Shown in pieces: positions 50,931 through 63,460 of a stretch of DNA of 64,000 bases (positions are counted from its first letter, which is position 1; the number at the start of each line of letters is the position of its first letter). The stretch spans positions 10,044,001 through 10,108,000 of the forward strand of contig NC_043014.1 of the NCBI RefSeq assembly GCF_006345805.1, in the 5' to 3' direction. Position numbers and translations under genes: made by a program. The DNA is from Octopus sinensis (Eukaryota). Under the pieces are notes generated by a model, which saw nothing but the letters and a program-made list of their open reading frames with translations, made no database searches and was not told the origin of the DNA.

Positions 50931-51391
50931 TAACACTATATACCGTTTAATAATTTATGACAGAACAGTTGACTAAAACTATCAGTAGACTGATAACAAA
51001 CACTATATGCTGTAAATAAGTTATGGGATTACGAAAAACTAAAATTATCAGTAAACTGATAACAAAAAGTATAGACTGTAAATACACGTTGGAACCGAAA
51101 TGTTAGATAAAATGATATTCGTAAAATGTGGCCCAGTAGGCATATGTGTTGACAAGTAGTAAAGCAGCATATAGGTGGTGGTTTCAAATCTCTTCCAGAA
51201 ATTATAAGAGATCTCGTAAAAAGTTTCTAGGCGCAGGAGTGGCTCTGTGGTAAGTAGCTTGCTTAGCAACCTCATGGTTCCGGGTTCAATCTCACTGCGT
51301 AGCACCTTGGGCAAGTGTCTTCTACTGTAGCCTCGGGTCGACCAAATCCTTGTGAGTGGATTTGGTAGACAGAAATTGAAAGAAGGCCGTC

Positions 51392-51436
<45 letters not shown>

Positions 51437-52067
51437 CGTTTATGTGTGTGTGTGTTTGTGTTTGTGTGTCTGTTTGTCCCCCACCACTACCATTGCTTGA
51501 CAACCGATGTTGGTGTGTTCACGTCCCCGTACCTTAGCAGTTTGTCAAAAGTATTTATGCTTGTATATAAAAATACAGATAGATAAGATGTATATAATAT
51601 AGATATTAAACATTATTATTTTAGACCTCTGCTTTTATCACTCAAGAGCATAATGTGGCATATTAAATATATGAAGATAGCTGTGTGTAAAATAAGCCGA
51701 TTGCTATTAAAAAGAAAGACATACGTCAAAAGTGATTTTCACTTGAAAATCCCTTTCGAAATTATTTCTTATAAATTTTCAAACGTTCTTTTACTTTACG
51801 AAATGAGATGTCAATTTGTAAATAATGTTTACGCACGATAACCCCCTCACAAACACACACACAAAGAAACAAACACATTTATAAATAATTGATATAAACA
51901 GTGGTTTGCAATATGTTACCACAAAGGAAAACTATAATTGTCATTAAATATGATTAAGTGCGTTAGAACACCTAAATTGCTAGAAATAAGAGCTAAGCTG
52001 ATCCAATGCTGTAGTCAAAGCACATAATTATATACACATATACTGACAGAAGCCGTAATCGCCCGAA

Positions 52068-52481
52068 GGCAGCGAGCTGGCAGAATCGTTAGCACGCGTG
52101 GCGAAATGCATAGCCGTATTTCGTCTGCTGTTACGTTCTGAGTTCAAATTCCGCCGAGGTCGACTTTGCCTTTCATCCTTTTGGGGTCGATTAAATAAGC
52201 ACGTTACGCACTGGGGTTGGTGTAATCAACTTAATCCGTTTGTCTGTCCTTGTTTGTCCTCTCTATGTTTAGGTCTTTGTGGTTAGTAAAGAAATAGATA
52301 TTTCGTCTGCCGTTACGTTCTGGATTCAAATTCCGCCGAGGTCAACTTTGCCTTTCATCCTTTCGATGTCGATAAATTAAGTACCAGTTACGCACTGGGG
52401 TCGATGTAGTCTATTTAATCCCTTTGTTTGTCCTTGTTTATCCCCACTATCTTTAGCCCCTTGTGTGAAATAAAGAAATAA
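52068..52481 (+). mobile_element. Family A SINE dimer inside a ~15-bp TSD
   Basis: ccgtaatcgcccgaa on both sides (~52053-52067 and ~52485-52499). Confidence 0.88.
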
Positions 52482-52916
52482 GAAACCGTAATCGCCCGAA
52501 TGTACCGTGGAGAATTCCCTATACTGAGCGTTCACTTTCAGCTTTTACCGTAGTCTCCTTTGAAGGTATGGTTCGACTCATTTGATTGCGAATGAAATTC
52601 ACCGTCAGTATATATGTATTCGCCATAGATATCTATGAATGATTTAGCGAATGGCTAATCTGTATACAAATAGTTCATATAGAAAGCGGTGTGTAATGTT
52701 TTATCAAGAAGATAAAATATAATTAGCATTAAATATGATTAAGTGTGTTAGAACACCTACATTGCTAGAAATAAGAGTTAAAGTGCTCCAATGTTCTACA
52801 AAAAACATATTGTATACATATATGCTGGTAGAGACCGTAATCGTTCCAGAATTCCCTTTACTCATCGGTCAGTTTCGGCTTTTACCGTAGCCTCATATAT
52901 TTATATATCTATAAGG

Positions 52917-53710
52917 CGGCGACCTGGCAGAAATGTTAGCGCGCCGGGTGAAATGCTTATCGGTATTTTGTCTGTCGTTACGTTCTGAGTTCAAATTCCG
53001 TCAAGGTCGACTTTGCCTTTCATCTTTTCGGGGTCGATAAATTAAGTACCAGTTATGCACTGGGTCGATATAATCGACTTAATCCGTTTGTCCTCTCTGT
53101 GTTTGCCCCTTGTGGGTAGTAAAGAAATATGTATTTTGAACGTCTTTTCGCACTCCAGTTCTGAGTTGACTGTGGCTCTCATCCTTTCGCGGTCGATAAA
53201 GGTAAGTACCATCTGAGCACTGGGCTCGATGTAATCAACTTACTCCCTACATCGAAATTACGAGCCTTAATACCTACGCCTGTCCTTGTTTGTCCCCTCT
53301 ATGTTTAGCCCCTTGTGGGTAGTAAAGAAATAGGTATTTCGTCTGTCGTTATGTTCTGATTTCAAATTCCGCCGAGGTCGAATTTGCCTTTCATCCTATC
53401 GGGGTCGATAAATTAAGTACCAGTTACGCACTGGGGTCGATGTAATCGACTTAATACCAATGTCTGTCCTTGTTTGTCCCCTCTATGTTTAGCCCCTTGT
53501 GGGTAATAAAGAAATAGAAATAGGTATTTTGTCTGTCGTTACGTTCTGAGTTCAAATTCCGCTGAGGTCGACTTTGCCTTTCATCCTTGCGGGGTCGATA
53601 AATTAAGTACCAGTTACGCACTGGGGTCGATGTAATCGACTTAATACCAATGTTGTCTGTCCTTGTTTGTCCCCTCTATGTTTAGCCCCTTGTGGGCAGT
53701 AAAGAAATAT
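52917..53710 (+). mobile_element. Cluster of family A SINEs (monomer, older variant, headless array)
   Basis: Repeated Meta-like core and gccccttgtgggt tail. Confidence 0.85.
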
Positions 53711-55381
53711 ATATTTATATATCTATAAGTATGTTTGTGCGTGCGTGTCTACGTATGTGTGTATTTAGGTTACTTGCCTGTATTTGTCCCCACCCCACTA
53801 CTGATTGACAAATGATGCTAGGGAATTTATTTTCCGTAATTTTTTTCTGGGTTCGGTAAAAGGTTCGAATGTAATTCGTAATAAATACTAGGCTAAAAAA
53901 GAAATAAGTCACGGGCTTTCTTTCTTCAACTAGAATTCTCCAAGATGGTGCCCCAGCATGGCTGCAGTCTAATGACTGAAACTAGCGAGAGACTATTTAG
54001 TAGCCATGTTTGATTTTATGTGCAGTCATAATAAAAACAGTTTTGTATCAATATGAAGAATTGGCACAAAGTCAGTAATTTTAGGAGTGGAGTAAATGGT
54101 ACTTCTGAAGTGTTTGCCAAAATTTGGCATTACCAAAATTGTCAACTTTCTTGCCTCCAGGGTTGTTACATTGTGAGGTAATTGTATTTGACGCAAGTAT
54201 ATATCTGAGATCGATCTATAGTAAACGGTACAGTTTCTAAGTAGATTGCATTTTCTCTCTCCATTTCTCTTATCCTTGATGCCATTGGCAATGATATTAC
54301 GTGAAGAAAGGATCTGATAATAATTTGAAAAACAATGCTCCAAAATTTAACCGCCTTTATATTGATAAATGATTTTAAGTCTATATTGTAAAATCCGAAG
54401 ACTACTTCGACAAAACTGGAATAGAATTTAGGATCCCCAATGTACTACATTTAGTTTGAGAAACGATTAAGTGGGTGTAATAATAGGGTTTCTGCTATTA
54501 TCTGTTGAAAACACGATGGGTCCTGAAGGCAACTGTTATAAATATTCAAATATACTAAAAGTATATAAAATTCTAAACGTTCACCTATTGGATACAGCTA
54601 AACATACTGTTCAAACGCAATCTACATTCCAGAATTTTAATTACAACAACCAACACATGAATTCCTGCAGTGTTACTGCTACAGTGCTGTCGTCATTAAA
54701 ATGACAAAGATGGAACATGAAGACCTTGACAGGAATATTGCCATCAAACTTTAGCACAGTTAATTAGGGAGGTGGGGTATGTCGATTACATCGTCACATT
54801 ATTCGATTGGTATTTTATCAACCCCGAAAAGATAAAAAGAAAAATCGACCCTGGGAGAATTTGAACTCTGAACGTAATGACGTATTGTAACAATGATAAA
54901 TTTCCATTTGGTCTCCGATTGCTAACGATTCTGCCACCACGCGACCTTTCAACGAAATGGAAATATTAGGAAGTTGATTAAAAATTTAAAACGTTTATGT
55001 ACACCGCGATGTGTGCTCCAGTAGCGCACAAAACCGAAGAATGGAAGCCAAGAATTTATCAACCGAACCTAAATTATTTCATCGGTATTTGTGAAATGAG
55101 AAAAGGAAACTATTTTTGTTGCATGTTCGAAAAAAGAAAACTGCAGACTTTTTAACGATAATATTGTGAAGAAATATTTCGAGAAAGAGAATCGAATTGG
55201 AACAAGAAAGTAAATATGAAAGTATGCTTGTACTTCTTGGCCAGTTTGAAATGCATGAAAACATTAAGAACAGATAAACGGTAATGGAATTGACTAGAAA
55301 ATGAGCAAAATGAAACGGGAATTTGAGGGAATATCGTTTGCAGCTCAAAACATGAAGTCTTCATTTCGAAATCTGTCCAAC

Positions 55382-55473
<92 letters not shown>

Positions 55474-55707
55474 TTATATTGTATAGAGGGCATTATTACA
55501 CATAAATGCCTCACACTAAGAGGGACAAAGTCATTACTACCGAAATTACACTAATCATACTTAATGCAGTTCTTCAAAGCAAGACATTTAAAAAATGAAT
55601 TTAGTTCTGTATCACCTGTGATTTCACACTAACTACCTGATAATTTCTTGTTAAGATTCCTTATTAAGAAGTTATCCTTAATTGTTAAATATATATATAT
55701 ATATCAA

Positions 55708-55938
55708 CATGTGATCTCTTGAGCACCACCAGCAAAAATATTTTTTCCTCTGTCTTCCCTTCTTGGGATCTTTCCTTCTCCTTGTTTCCGACGAAGAGCT
55801 CCGCTCGAAACGTTAAACCCTCCGTCCCTTCTTTCCTGAGCGTCAATAATACTTTAATTGTTCCACGTCCTCGCGTTGCTGTGTTTTCTTTCCCTTTTTT
55901 TTCTCTCTTTTTTTCTGTGTTTTCTTGTTTGGATTAAC

Positions 55939-55939
<1 letters not shown>
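55708..55939 (+). mobile_element. ~200-bp hammerhead-variant repeat, copy 3 (motif at 55784-55818)
   Basis: GTTT-CCGACGA-A-GAGC tcc GCTC-GAAA-CG-TT-AAAC; best-preserved copy. Confidence 0.8.
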
Positions 55940-55981
<42 letters not shown>

Positions 55982-55999
55982 TCATCATCATCATCTTCA

Positions 56000-56360
56000 T
56001 CATTTAGCGTCCGCTTTCCATGCTAGCATGGGTTGGACGGTTCAACTGGGGTCTGGGAAGCCAGAAGGCTGCACCAGGCCCAGTCTGATCTGGCAATGTT
56101 TCTACGGCTGGATGCCCTTCCTAACGCCAACCACTCCGTGAGTGTAGTAGGTGCTTTTTTACATACCACCGGCACAGGTGCCAGGGGAGGCTGGCAAACG
56201 GCCACGATCAGATGGTGCTTTTTGCGTGCCACCGGCACGGGGGCTAGGCGAGGCTGGCAAGGGCCACGATCGGATGGTGCTTTTTACGTAGCCCGTCGGG
56301 GCGGCGCTGTCAACGACCACGTTCGGATGGTCGCTTACGTACCACCGGCACTGGTATCAC
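56000..56360 (-). mobile_element. Repeat with RTE-like 3' tail and internal tandem units
   Basis: ggatgcccttcctaacgccaacc, a (CAT)n/(ATG)n tail and repeated gtgcttttt..gccaccggcac units. Confidence 0.55.
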
Positions 56361-56777
56361 AGCTACATATGTATATAATATATATATAATTGAAAACATT
56401 GGAGTGAACAAGAAGGCTGGACATTTCTTTTTGACTCACTACAGTTGTTTCAACGCAACGTAGTTCTCTAGGAATGCTAATAACTACTTTCCGTGGAAAC
56501 AATTGTAGTGATTAGAAAATAGCTGTTCAATCGTATTCCGTGTTCTTGACTCCATTTTTTTTTTCATATATATGTTTGCACACAACAGATTTTGCCTCCA
56601 AAATCACGTTTTCAAAATTTTTATTTCACTCACCCCAATTTCTTAATTTTTAACTTTTTTCGAATTTGTTTTTAATCCATGTAAAAAAATACTACTACTG
56701 GATAGCCCAGGGTAAATCTGAAGGTGGACGAGCTTTATACTGTACCCTTCTACGTTCTTAACAGAATACACCGTACC

Positions 56778-56846
<69 letters not shown>

Positions 56847-56969
56847 TATATATATATATATATATATATATTAATAAAGGAATTCCAAACTTATAAGATA
56901 TATATAAATAAAAATAATATATATAATAAAATAAAATAAAATAATAGAATGTTAAATGATCATTCTGAT

Positions 56970-57014
56970 TGAACTAGTACTTTCATGCATTAAATTATGC
57001 AATCTTCAGGTTCA
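56970..57014 (-). ncRNA. Type I hammerhead ribozyme motif (left arm)
   Basis: TGAAC-CTGAAGA-TTGCAT aattta ATGCAT-GAAA-GTAC-TA-GTTCA. Confidence 0.75.
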
Positions 57015-57119
57015 TGTAGTAGTGGTGACAGTCATGCTTCACAATTTTTGACTGTAGCGAGATGGTTAAATCTGTGCACAGATCAAAAATTGTGAAGCAT
57101 GACTGTCACCACTAGTACA

Positions 57120-57163
57120 TGAACCTGAAGATTGCATAATTTAATCATGAAAGTACTAGTTCA
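57120..57163 (+). ncRNA. Type I hammerhead ribozyme motif (right arm)
   Basis: TGAAC-CTGAAGA-TTGCATAATTTAATCAT-GAAA-GTAC-TA-GTTCA; 1-nt deletion in helix II relative to the left arm. Confidence 0.7.
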
Positions 57164-57326
57164 ATCAGAATGAACATTTAACGTTCTATTCTTTTATTTT
57201 ATTCTATTATAATATATTATCTTATAATATATCATTATAAGATTGTAAATAAAACGTGAAAATCAGAGAAGGCTGGAATTCCTTTTATTAATATATTCTT
57301 CTATACACAATCACATACACCCGTAT

Positions 57327-57366
<40 letters not shown>

Positions 57367-57369
57367 AAT

Positions 57370-57542
57370 TCTATAATTATGGGTATAATTATAATTAGGG
57401 TTCAGTAAAATTTACTTCACCACATACCGAAATTAGAAAAATAGCAGTTAAACTACTATTTCATTGCTATTTCTAAATTTCGATATGTGGTGAAGTAAAT
57501 TTTACTGAACTCTAATTATAATTATACTCATAATTATAGAAT
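57370..57542. repeat. Foldback with ~75-bp arms
   Basis: ttctataattatggg...gaaattag / ctaaatttcg...cataattatagaa; related sequence at 41280-41390. Confidence 0.8.
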
Positions 57543-57653
57543 TTTTTGTATAAGTTTACCGATAATGGTTCTTTTAACATAACGAACTACTTTGTAAAAT
57601 TATTAATTATTAATTAATTAATTAATTTTACCCTTTCTTATATGTATATATAC

Positions 57654-57684
<31 letters not shown>

Positions 57685-58233
57685 CAAAAAAGATTGCCGA
57701 AACTATGCATAGTTCAGGAAAGAAAAGGTAAACGTTTGTATTTCTCATTCCCTTTCAGAATTAGTGGTTTGAAGTTTAACTGCTCTTTCTAGTGAGTCAG
57801 ATGTCCTATTATGGTCAGCTCTTAAGTATTTTTCTATGAATAATATATAGTTTATTGACTAATTTTTCCTTCTCGCTAGACCACTGGTAGCAGGGAATTA
57901 TTCAAAAATTGTTTTTGCTACCCTAAGATTTATTAATTATATTATATATTTAACAATTAAGGAACGGCCATAATAGGCCATTCACCCACTAGAAATAACA
58001 GCCAAAGCTTCTACCGCAAATAAAGATTAATTCCGTAAACAGAGAAAATTAAAAAAACATTTACCCTGTATTTCTTGTACGGTATACCGATTTTATCCGC
58101 TGTTTAATGGTAAACTAACCTGATTAAATTAAATCAAGCCAATCTTCCATAAGCCCTCGGATTCTTCAGCAAGAAATAGCTCAAGTCGGAACAGAATTTA
58201 CACGAGCATACCCAATCTTGCCAAGGCAATAAT

Positions 58234-58592
58234 CTGCTCGCTTAGCCAGCGGGGGGTGGCGTCAATCGAAGGTTAAAACAATGCGAACGCATTGAGACCA
58301 GCGATGTGTATCAGCATCTGATGCTGATACACATCGCTGGTCTCAATGCGTTCGCATTGTTTTAACCTTCGATTGACGCCACCCCGCTGGCTAAGCGAGC
58401 AGGCCAGCAGAAGAAAGAGTGAAAGAGTGATGAAAGAGTACAGCAGGGATCACCAACCCCTGCCGGAGCCTCGTGGAACTTTTAAGGTGTTTTCGCTCAA
58501 TAAACACTCACAACGCCCGGTCTGGGAATCGAAACCACGATCCTACGACCGCGAGTCCGCTGCCCTAACCACTGGGCCATTGCGACCTCCAC
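58234..58592 (-). mobile_element. Family C SINE (tail variant 2) whose 3' ~85 nt are duplicated as a spacerless palindrome
   Basis: Palindrome 58234-58402 centred on T58319; SINE head at ~58592. Confidence 0.85.
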
Positions 58593-58723
58593 ACTTATAT
58601 ATATATATATATATATAATCCACGTATGAGCTAGAAATTTGTTTCTTCTAAAACAGTGAGCAGTACATTCGTCAATGAGCATCTTCATCTTATAAGATTA
58701 TATCTTATAATTTATCATACATT

Positions 58724-58756
<33 letters not shown>

Positions 58757-59236
58757 GAGCCCGTCCGCCAACGCAAACGTTTCCTTCTTCCACTCATATT
58801 CTCTCGCAGTCTGTGTGCGGGTATACACGCTTATATGCACAAGTGCATATTTGTCGTATCTTTTGTATATCATAAACCTATAAAAATGTAGTAAATTAAT
58901 GTATAACTGTTGGTGCGCTGTAATTCGAGTGAAACCTAAATGTTTAGTCTTAACATATTTTCAATTTAATATTCATAAATGCATTCTTATTAGGTTATAT
59001 TTTGTCTGAAAATATGCTCTGTTTGATGAATTACCGCTCTGCAATAAGTGCGACACTAGACGTTTAAATAAGAATATTCTGGCGTCAGCAAATATTAAAA
59101 CGGATATAAATTCACGAACAGAAGACATAACAACTTATTTAATGCGAAAGCTAATCTTGCAACGTATTTAAAATTTATTTATTTCATTGAAATATTACTT
59201 CCCCAAGACATTTCCTGTCGCTCTCACTCTATGTTA

Positions 59237-59282
<46 letters not shown>

Positions 59283-59300
59283 CACACATATATCTGCATA

Positions 59301-59340
<40 letters not shown>

Positions 59341-59363
59341 TATACATATAAACACACACATAT

Positions 59364-59396
<33 letters not shown>

Positions 59397-59497
59397 GTTC
59401 TCTTTGGAGAACATAATCTTTCTGGAGAATGGCGATTTGACGTCTATATCTAGCATGTTGACTGTCCACTTTTCGTGTTCAGTCCTTAATTGTATAT

Positions 59498-59553
<56 letters not shown>

Positions 59554-59618
59554 ATATATCTAGATATATATATATACACATATATATATATATATATACT
59601 AGATATATATATATACAC

Positions 59619-59663
<45 letters not shown>

Positions 59664-59710
59664 GCATTATAATATATATATATATATGTGTGCATATATA
59701 TATATATATA

Positions 59711-59749
<39 letters not shown>

Positions 59750-59871
59750 AAATATATACATATATAAATGCTTGGCATTATGCGTATATCTACTTATGTA
59801 CATTTGTATGTAGTATGTGTATACTTACATTTAAGTATATTTTGTATACACATGCATATATATATACATAT

Positions 59872-59947
<76 letters not shown>

Positions 59948-59989
59948 AAGTGTATGTGTATATATATATATATAGTGTATATACATTAG

Positions 59990-60674
59990 TAATATTCGCA
60001 GCCCCTTCAACATGGCTGTTCGTTCGAACGGACTCTACTGCGATCTTTTTTACTCCAAGAGGACATCTCCTCTTGCCAGTTAACAATGTGAAGCTACATC
60101 TGATAAATTACGATCAGGACAACGAACACTTGTCACCTTCTAGAGACGAGACCAGTAGACCAGTCCTCGTTTCGGACTATTTCTGCCATTTGTCAGTACT
60201 GGACACCTCGTCTGCTAGATATGGCAGTAACTCGCCCCTGCTCGCAAAATATATATTCGAAGCGAACATACAGTCACTGATTTTGCAACAAACAAAAATG
60301 CTAGTTCAAAAATCTTTCTAAGAGATCAACGCAGTAATTTTACTAACATGTAATATACGTAACCACTTCAACATAGCTGTTTGTTCGAACAGATTCTACT
60401 GCGAGTTTTTTTAACCATAAGAGGATATCTCCTCTAGTTAGTTAACGATGTAGAGCTGCAGTCTGCAGTACTGAACAGTAGCAGAAATAGCTTGAAACCA
60501 GGACTGGTCTAGCGGCACCGTCGTTAGAAGGTAGTAGGGGTTCGTTCCCTTGTTCGCAATTTATGGGATGCGGCTCTGCATCGTTAACACGCTAGGGATG
60601 TCCTCTGGGGATTAGAAAAATCGTAGTAGAGTCCGTTCGAACGGACAGCTATGCTGAAGTGGCTACGAACAATA
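59990..60674. mobile_element. Two adjacent, oppositely oriented copies of a ~320-bp MITE with ~100-bp TIRs
   Basis: 60351-60450 vs 60575-60674 are inverted; 59990-~60290 matches the reverse complement of that element. Confidence 0.75.
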
Positions 60675-60699
60675 CTTGTCATTACAACTATTACACTGA

Positions 60700-61130
60700 G
60701 AAATTTTAGAAATAGCATCTCCCTTTGGTATTACAAGGAATTATGTTGGTCTCTCGGTCAACTCTGCACCCCCACCACATAGTAATGCAGGGCGTTACAG
60801 TTTGGTGCGTCAGGTGGCCAGATTTTAGGGGTTGTGTGGTCGCAGAAATTCTGACAGCTATGACTGGGTCCTCCTGCATGTGTGTCATGGTGCAGAGTCC
60901 TGTTGCCAGATACAGGGCTTCCAGGCAATCACCCTTTTGAGCCAGGGCAGCACTATCTCCTCCAGGAAATTTATGTAGGCCTCCATGTTGACTCTGGGGC
61001 TGTGTGGGAAGATGAATGGAGTCATAAGTTCGTTATCACTATTGATCACTCGAAACACGACGAAGTTGACTGGATGTTTGATTTTATCACTCTCGGTTCA
61101 TGTCCCCAGATTTCACTGTCCTCAGACTGA
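60700..61130 (-). mobile_element. DD37D (maT-type) transposase relic
   Basis: KHPVNFVVFRVINSD..MTPFIFP..EEIVLPWLKRV..WQQDSAP..HT.RRTQS and IWPPDAPNCNALHYY; spacing fits DD37D. Confidence 0.75.
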
Positions 61131-61288
61131 CACCCAAACACTATAAAAGTGCGTCATGGTGCTGTTTCTCTGTGGGGGGGGGGGCGCTGCCCAATGGCCT
61201 CTAATATACAAAATCAAAAACAAACTATGCGCATGTGTGAAACTGGAAATGCAAAATGGAGACAATTTATCCATTGCACACAGTATAT

Positions 61289-61367
<79 letters not shown>

Positions 61368-61429
61368 ATATATATATATATACATATATATATAAATCAA
61401 ATCAGTTTGATTGAGACTCCTCGGTACTC

Positions 61430-61600
61430 TGAGTTTCAAGCGTGTGGCCAGCTAACTCCACAGACTGAAACCCCTTGATTATTATGTGTGGGGCGCAGTT
61501 GATCAGGATATTAAAAACAAAACTCTTCTAACACCAAAGATGGACTGAGGGCAAGGATTATGGCAGCAATGACCGTCGAAAACGGTTGCAGGAGATTCAT
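61430..61600 (+). mobile_element. Second DD37D C-terminal fragment
   Basis: VWPANSTD/PLDYYVWGAV with one frameshift. Confidence 0.65.
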
Positions 61601-62993
61601 GATATTTTTATATAATTTTGGTAAGTATATCCTTCAAAATGGGTCGCCAGATTTATTTTCATTTTTTCGTATGTATGTGTGTATGTATGTATGTATGTAT
61701 GTGTGTATGTATGTATGTATGTATGTATGTATGTGTGTATGTATGTATGTATGTGTGTGTGTATGTGTGTGTACGTATATATGCTCGTATGTATATATAT
61801 ATAATATAGGACAATCAGTAATTTGTCATAAAAGAACTCGGAGTTTCAAATGCCGGAGCTAAAATCTTGGAGATATTTTCATCGGCTATTTGGACGATAG
61901 ATGCTATGAAAAAAAAACCGTTGAATCATTCACGAACAGAAGACATAACAACTTATTTAATGCGAAATCTAATACGCATGAAAAAAAATATAAAAGATAT
62001 GAAATATAAAAAAATTAAAAACTTTTAAAATTATAAAAATTACACGCAACCACTTTCTCACAAATCTACATAGTAATAATACAGCCTGCTCATGAGACAC
62101 GATCGTATTCAGTGAACCCAACAATCGAACTATTACCACTATTACCTGCAGTGTGACTACAGGTAACAGTGGTGACATCTTTTTCCTACCCAACATTGGT
62201 AACGATATAAGCCGCCCCCTCTTTAGAAATAACATACCGCCGATCCTATTTAAAGGAATTACTCGGAAAAAATACAAGACGAAGACAGAAGGGGTCCTTT
62301 ATATGTACCAGTATGCAATTAAGAAGATTAGGGTTAATTGAGAAGTTTAACTGATGAATTTCAAAAAGGAGAACTGCCCGAAGCCTCATAGGGGGACCTG
62401 TGAAGAGGAGTCAGTTAGACAACTTCACTACAGGAAAAATCGCACGCAGGGTGAGTTCTACTGAGATGTCTCGACGACGGCTTCGGCGCCGCCGCGCTAC
62501 CGGAAAAGCACTAATCGACGCGCTAGTTAGCAGGCCGGAGTCTCGTTCGTTATCGGAATCAACCAGACGGATCGCTCCACCAACTAAGAGTTCTCTGTTT
62601 GTTTTAGTAATATATCAATTTTTCCTGAATATAGATAGCGGTAGTAAAGAGCGTATGGAGACCACGTGCTTTGACATTTGGTGTCTAGATTGCGAATAAT
62701 TAATTGTTACGAGAAAACAAATATGGAGAATGAAAATTTCGAAAGACGCAGATGTTGCTTGTTAAAGCAATAAGGTCATTGAGATAAGAGAAAGAGTTGT
62801 AACAATATAGGAGCATTATGTACTACATTGCTAAAACTCTTCACCATGACTCTTTCAAAACTCAAGTGTCAATAAGTGATAGCGGCGTGGAAGTCACATT
62901 TTAGCTATTCATGCACGAAGATTTCTTCATTACTTCGTGGCAAACATTTCGTCACGCTAATATCTATCTATGGGTATGTATACAGACACACAC

Positions 62994-63050
<57 letters not shown>

Positions 63051-63081
63051 CATACACACACACACACATACATATATATTT

Positions 63082-63384
63082 GGAGGCGCAATGGCCCAGT
63101 GGTTAGGGCAGCGGACTCGCGGTCGTAGGATCGCGGTTTCGATTCCCTGACCGGGCGTTGTGTGTGTTTATTGAGCGAAAACACCTAACAGCTCCACGAG
63201 GCTCCGGCAGGGGTTGGTGATCCCTGCTGTACTCTTTCACCACTCTTTCTCTCACTCTTTCTTCTGTTGGCCTGCTCGCTTAGCCAGCGGGGTGGCGTCA
63301 TTCGAAGGCTAAAACAATGCGAACGCATTGTGACCAGCGACGTGTAGCAACATCTGATGGTCTGGTCGGTCACGTGATCACGTG

Positions 63385-63385
<1 letters not shown>
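63082..63385 (+). mobile_element. SINE family C, tail variant 2, full length
   Basis: Head ggaggcgcaatggcccagtgg; ends gtcggtcacgtgatcacgtgat before (TA)n. Confidence 0.85.

Positions 63386-63460
<75 letters not shown>

Larger units (their letters stand above)
56870..57292. mobile_element. Foldback unit carrying two divergently oriented hammerheads
   Basis: Near-perfect arms 56943-57051 / 57083-57190 with a 31-nt loop; looser outer arms. Confidence 0.85.

Noticed and set aside
54026-54343. 105-aa minus-strand ORF with a plausible acceptor
   Set aside because: LPHNVTTLEARK resembles the L2/CR1 RT C-terminal LxTLExRR motif; more likely a LINE relic, and too weak to annotate either way.
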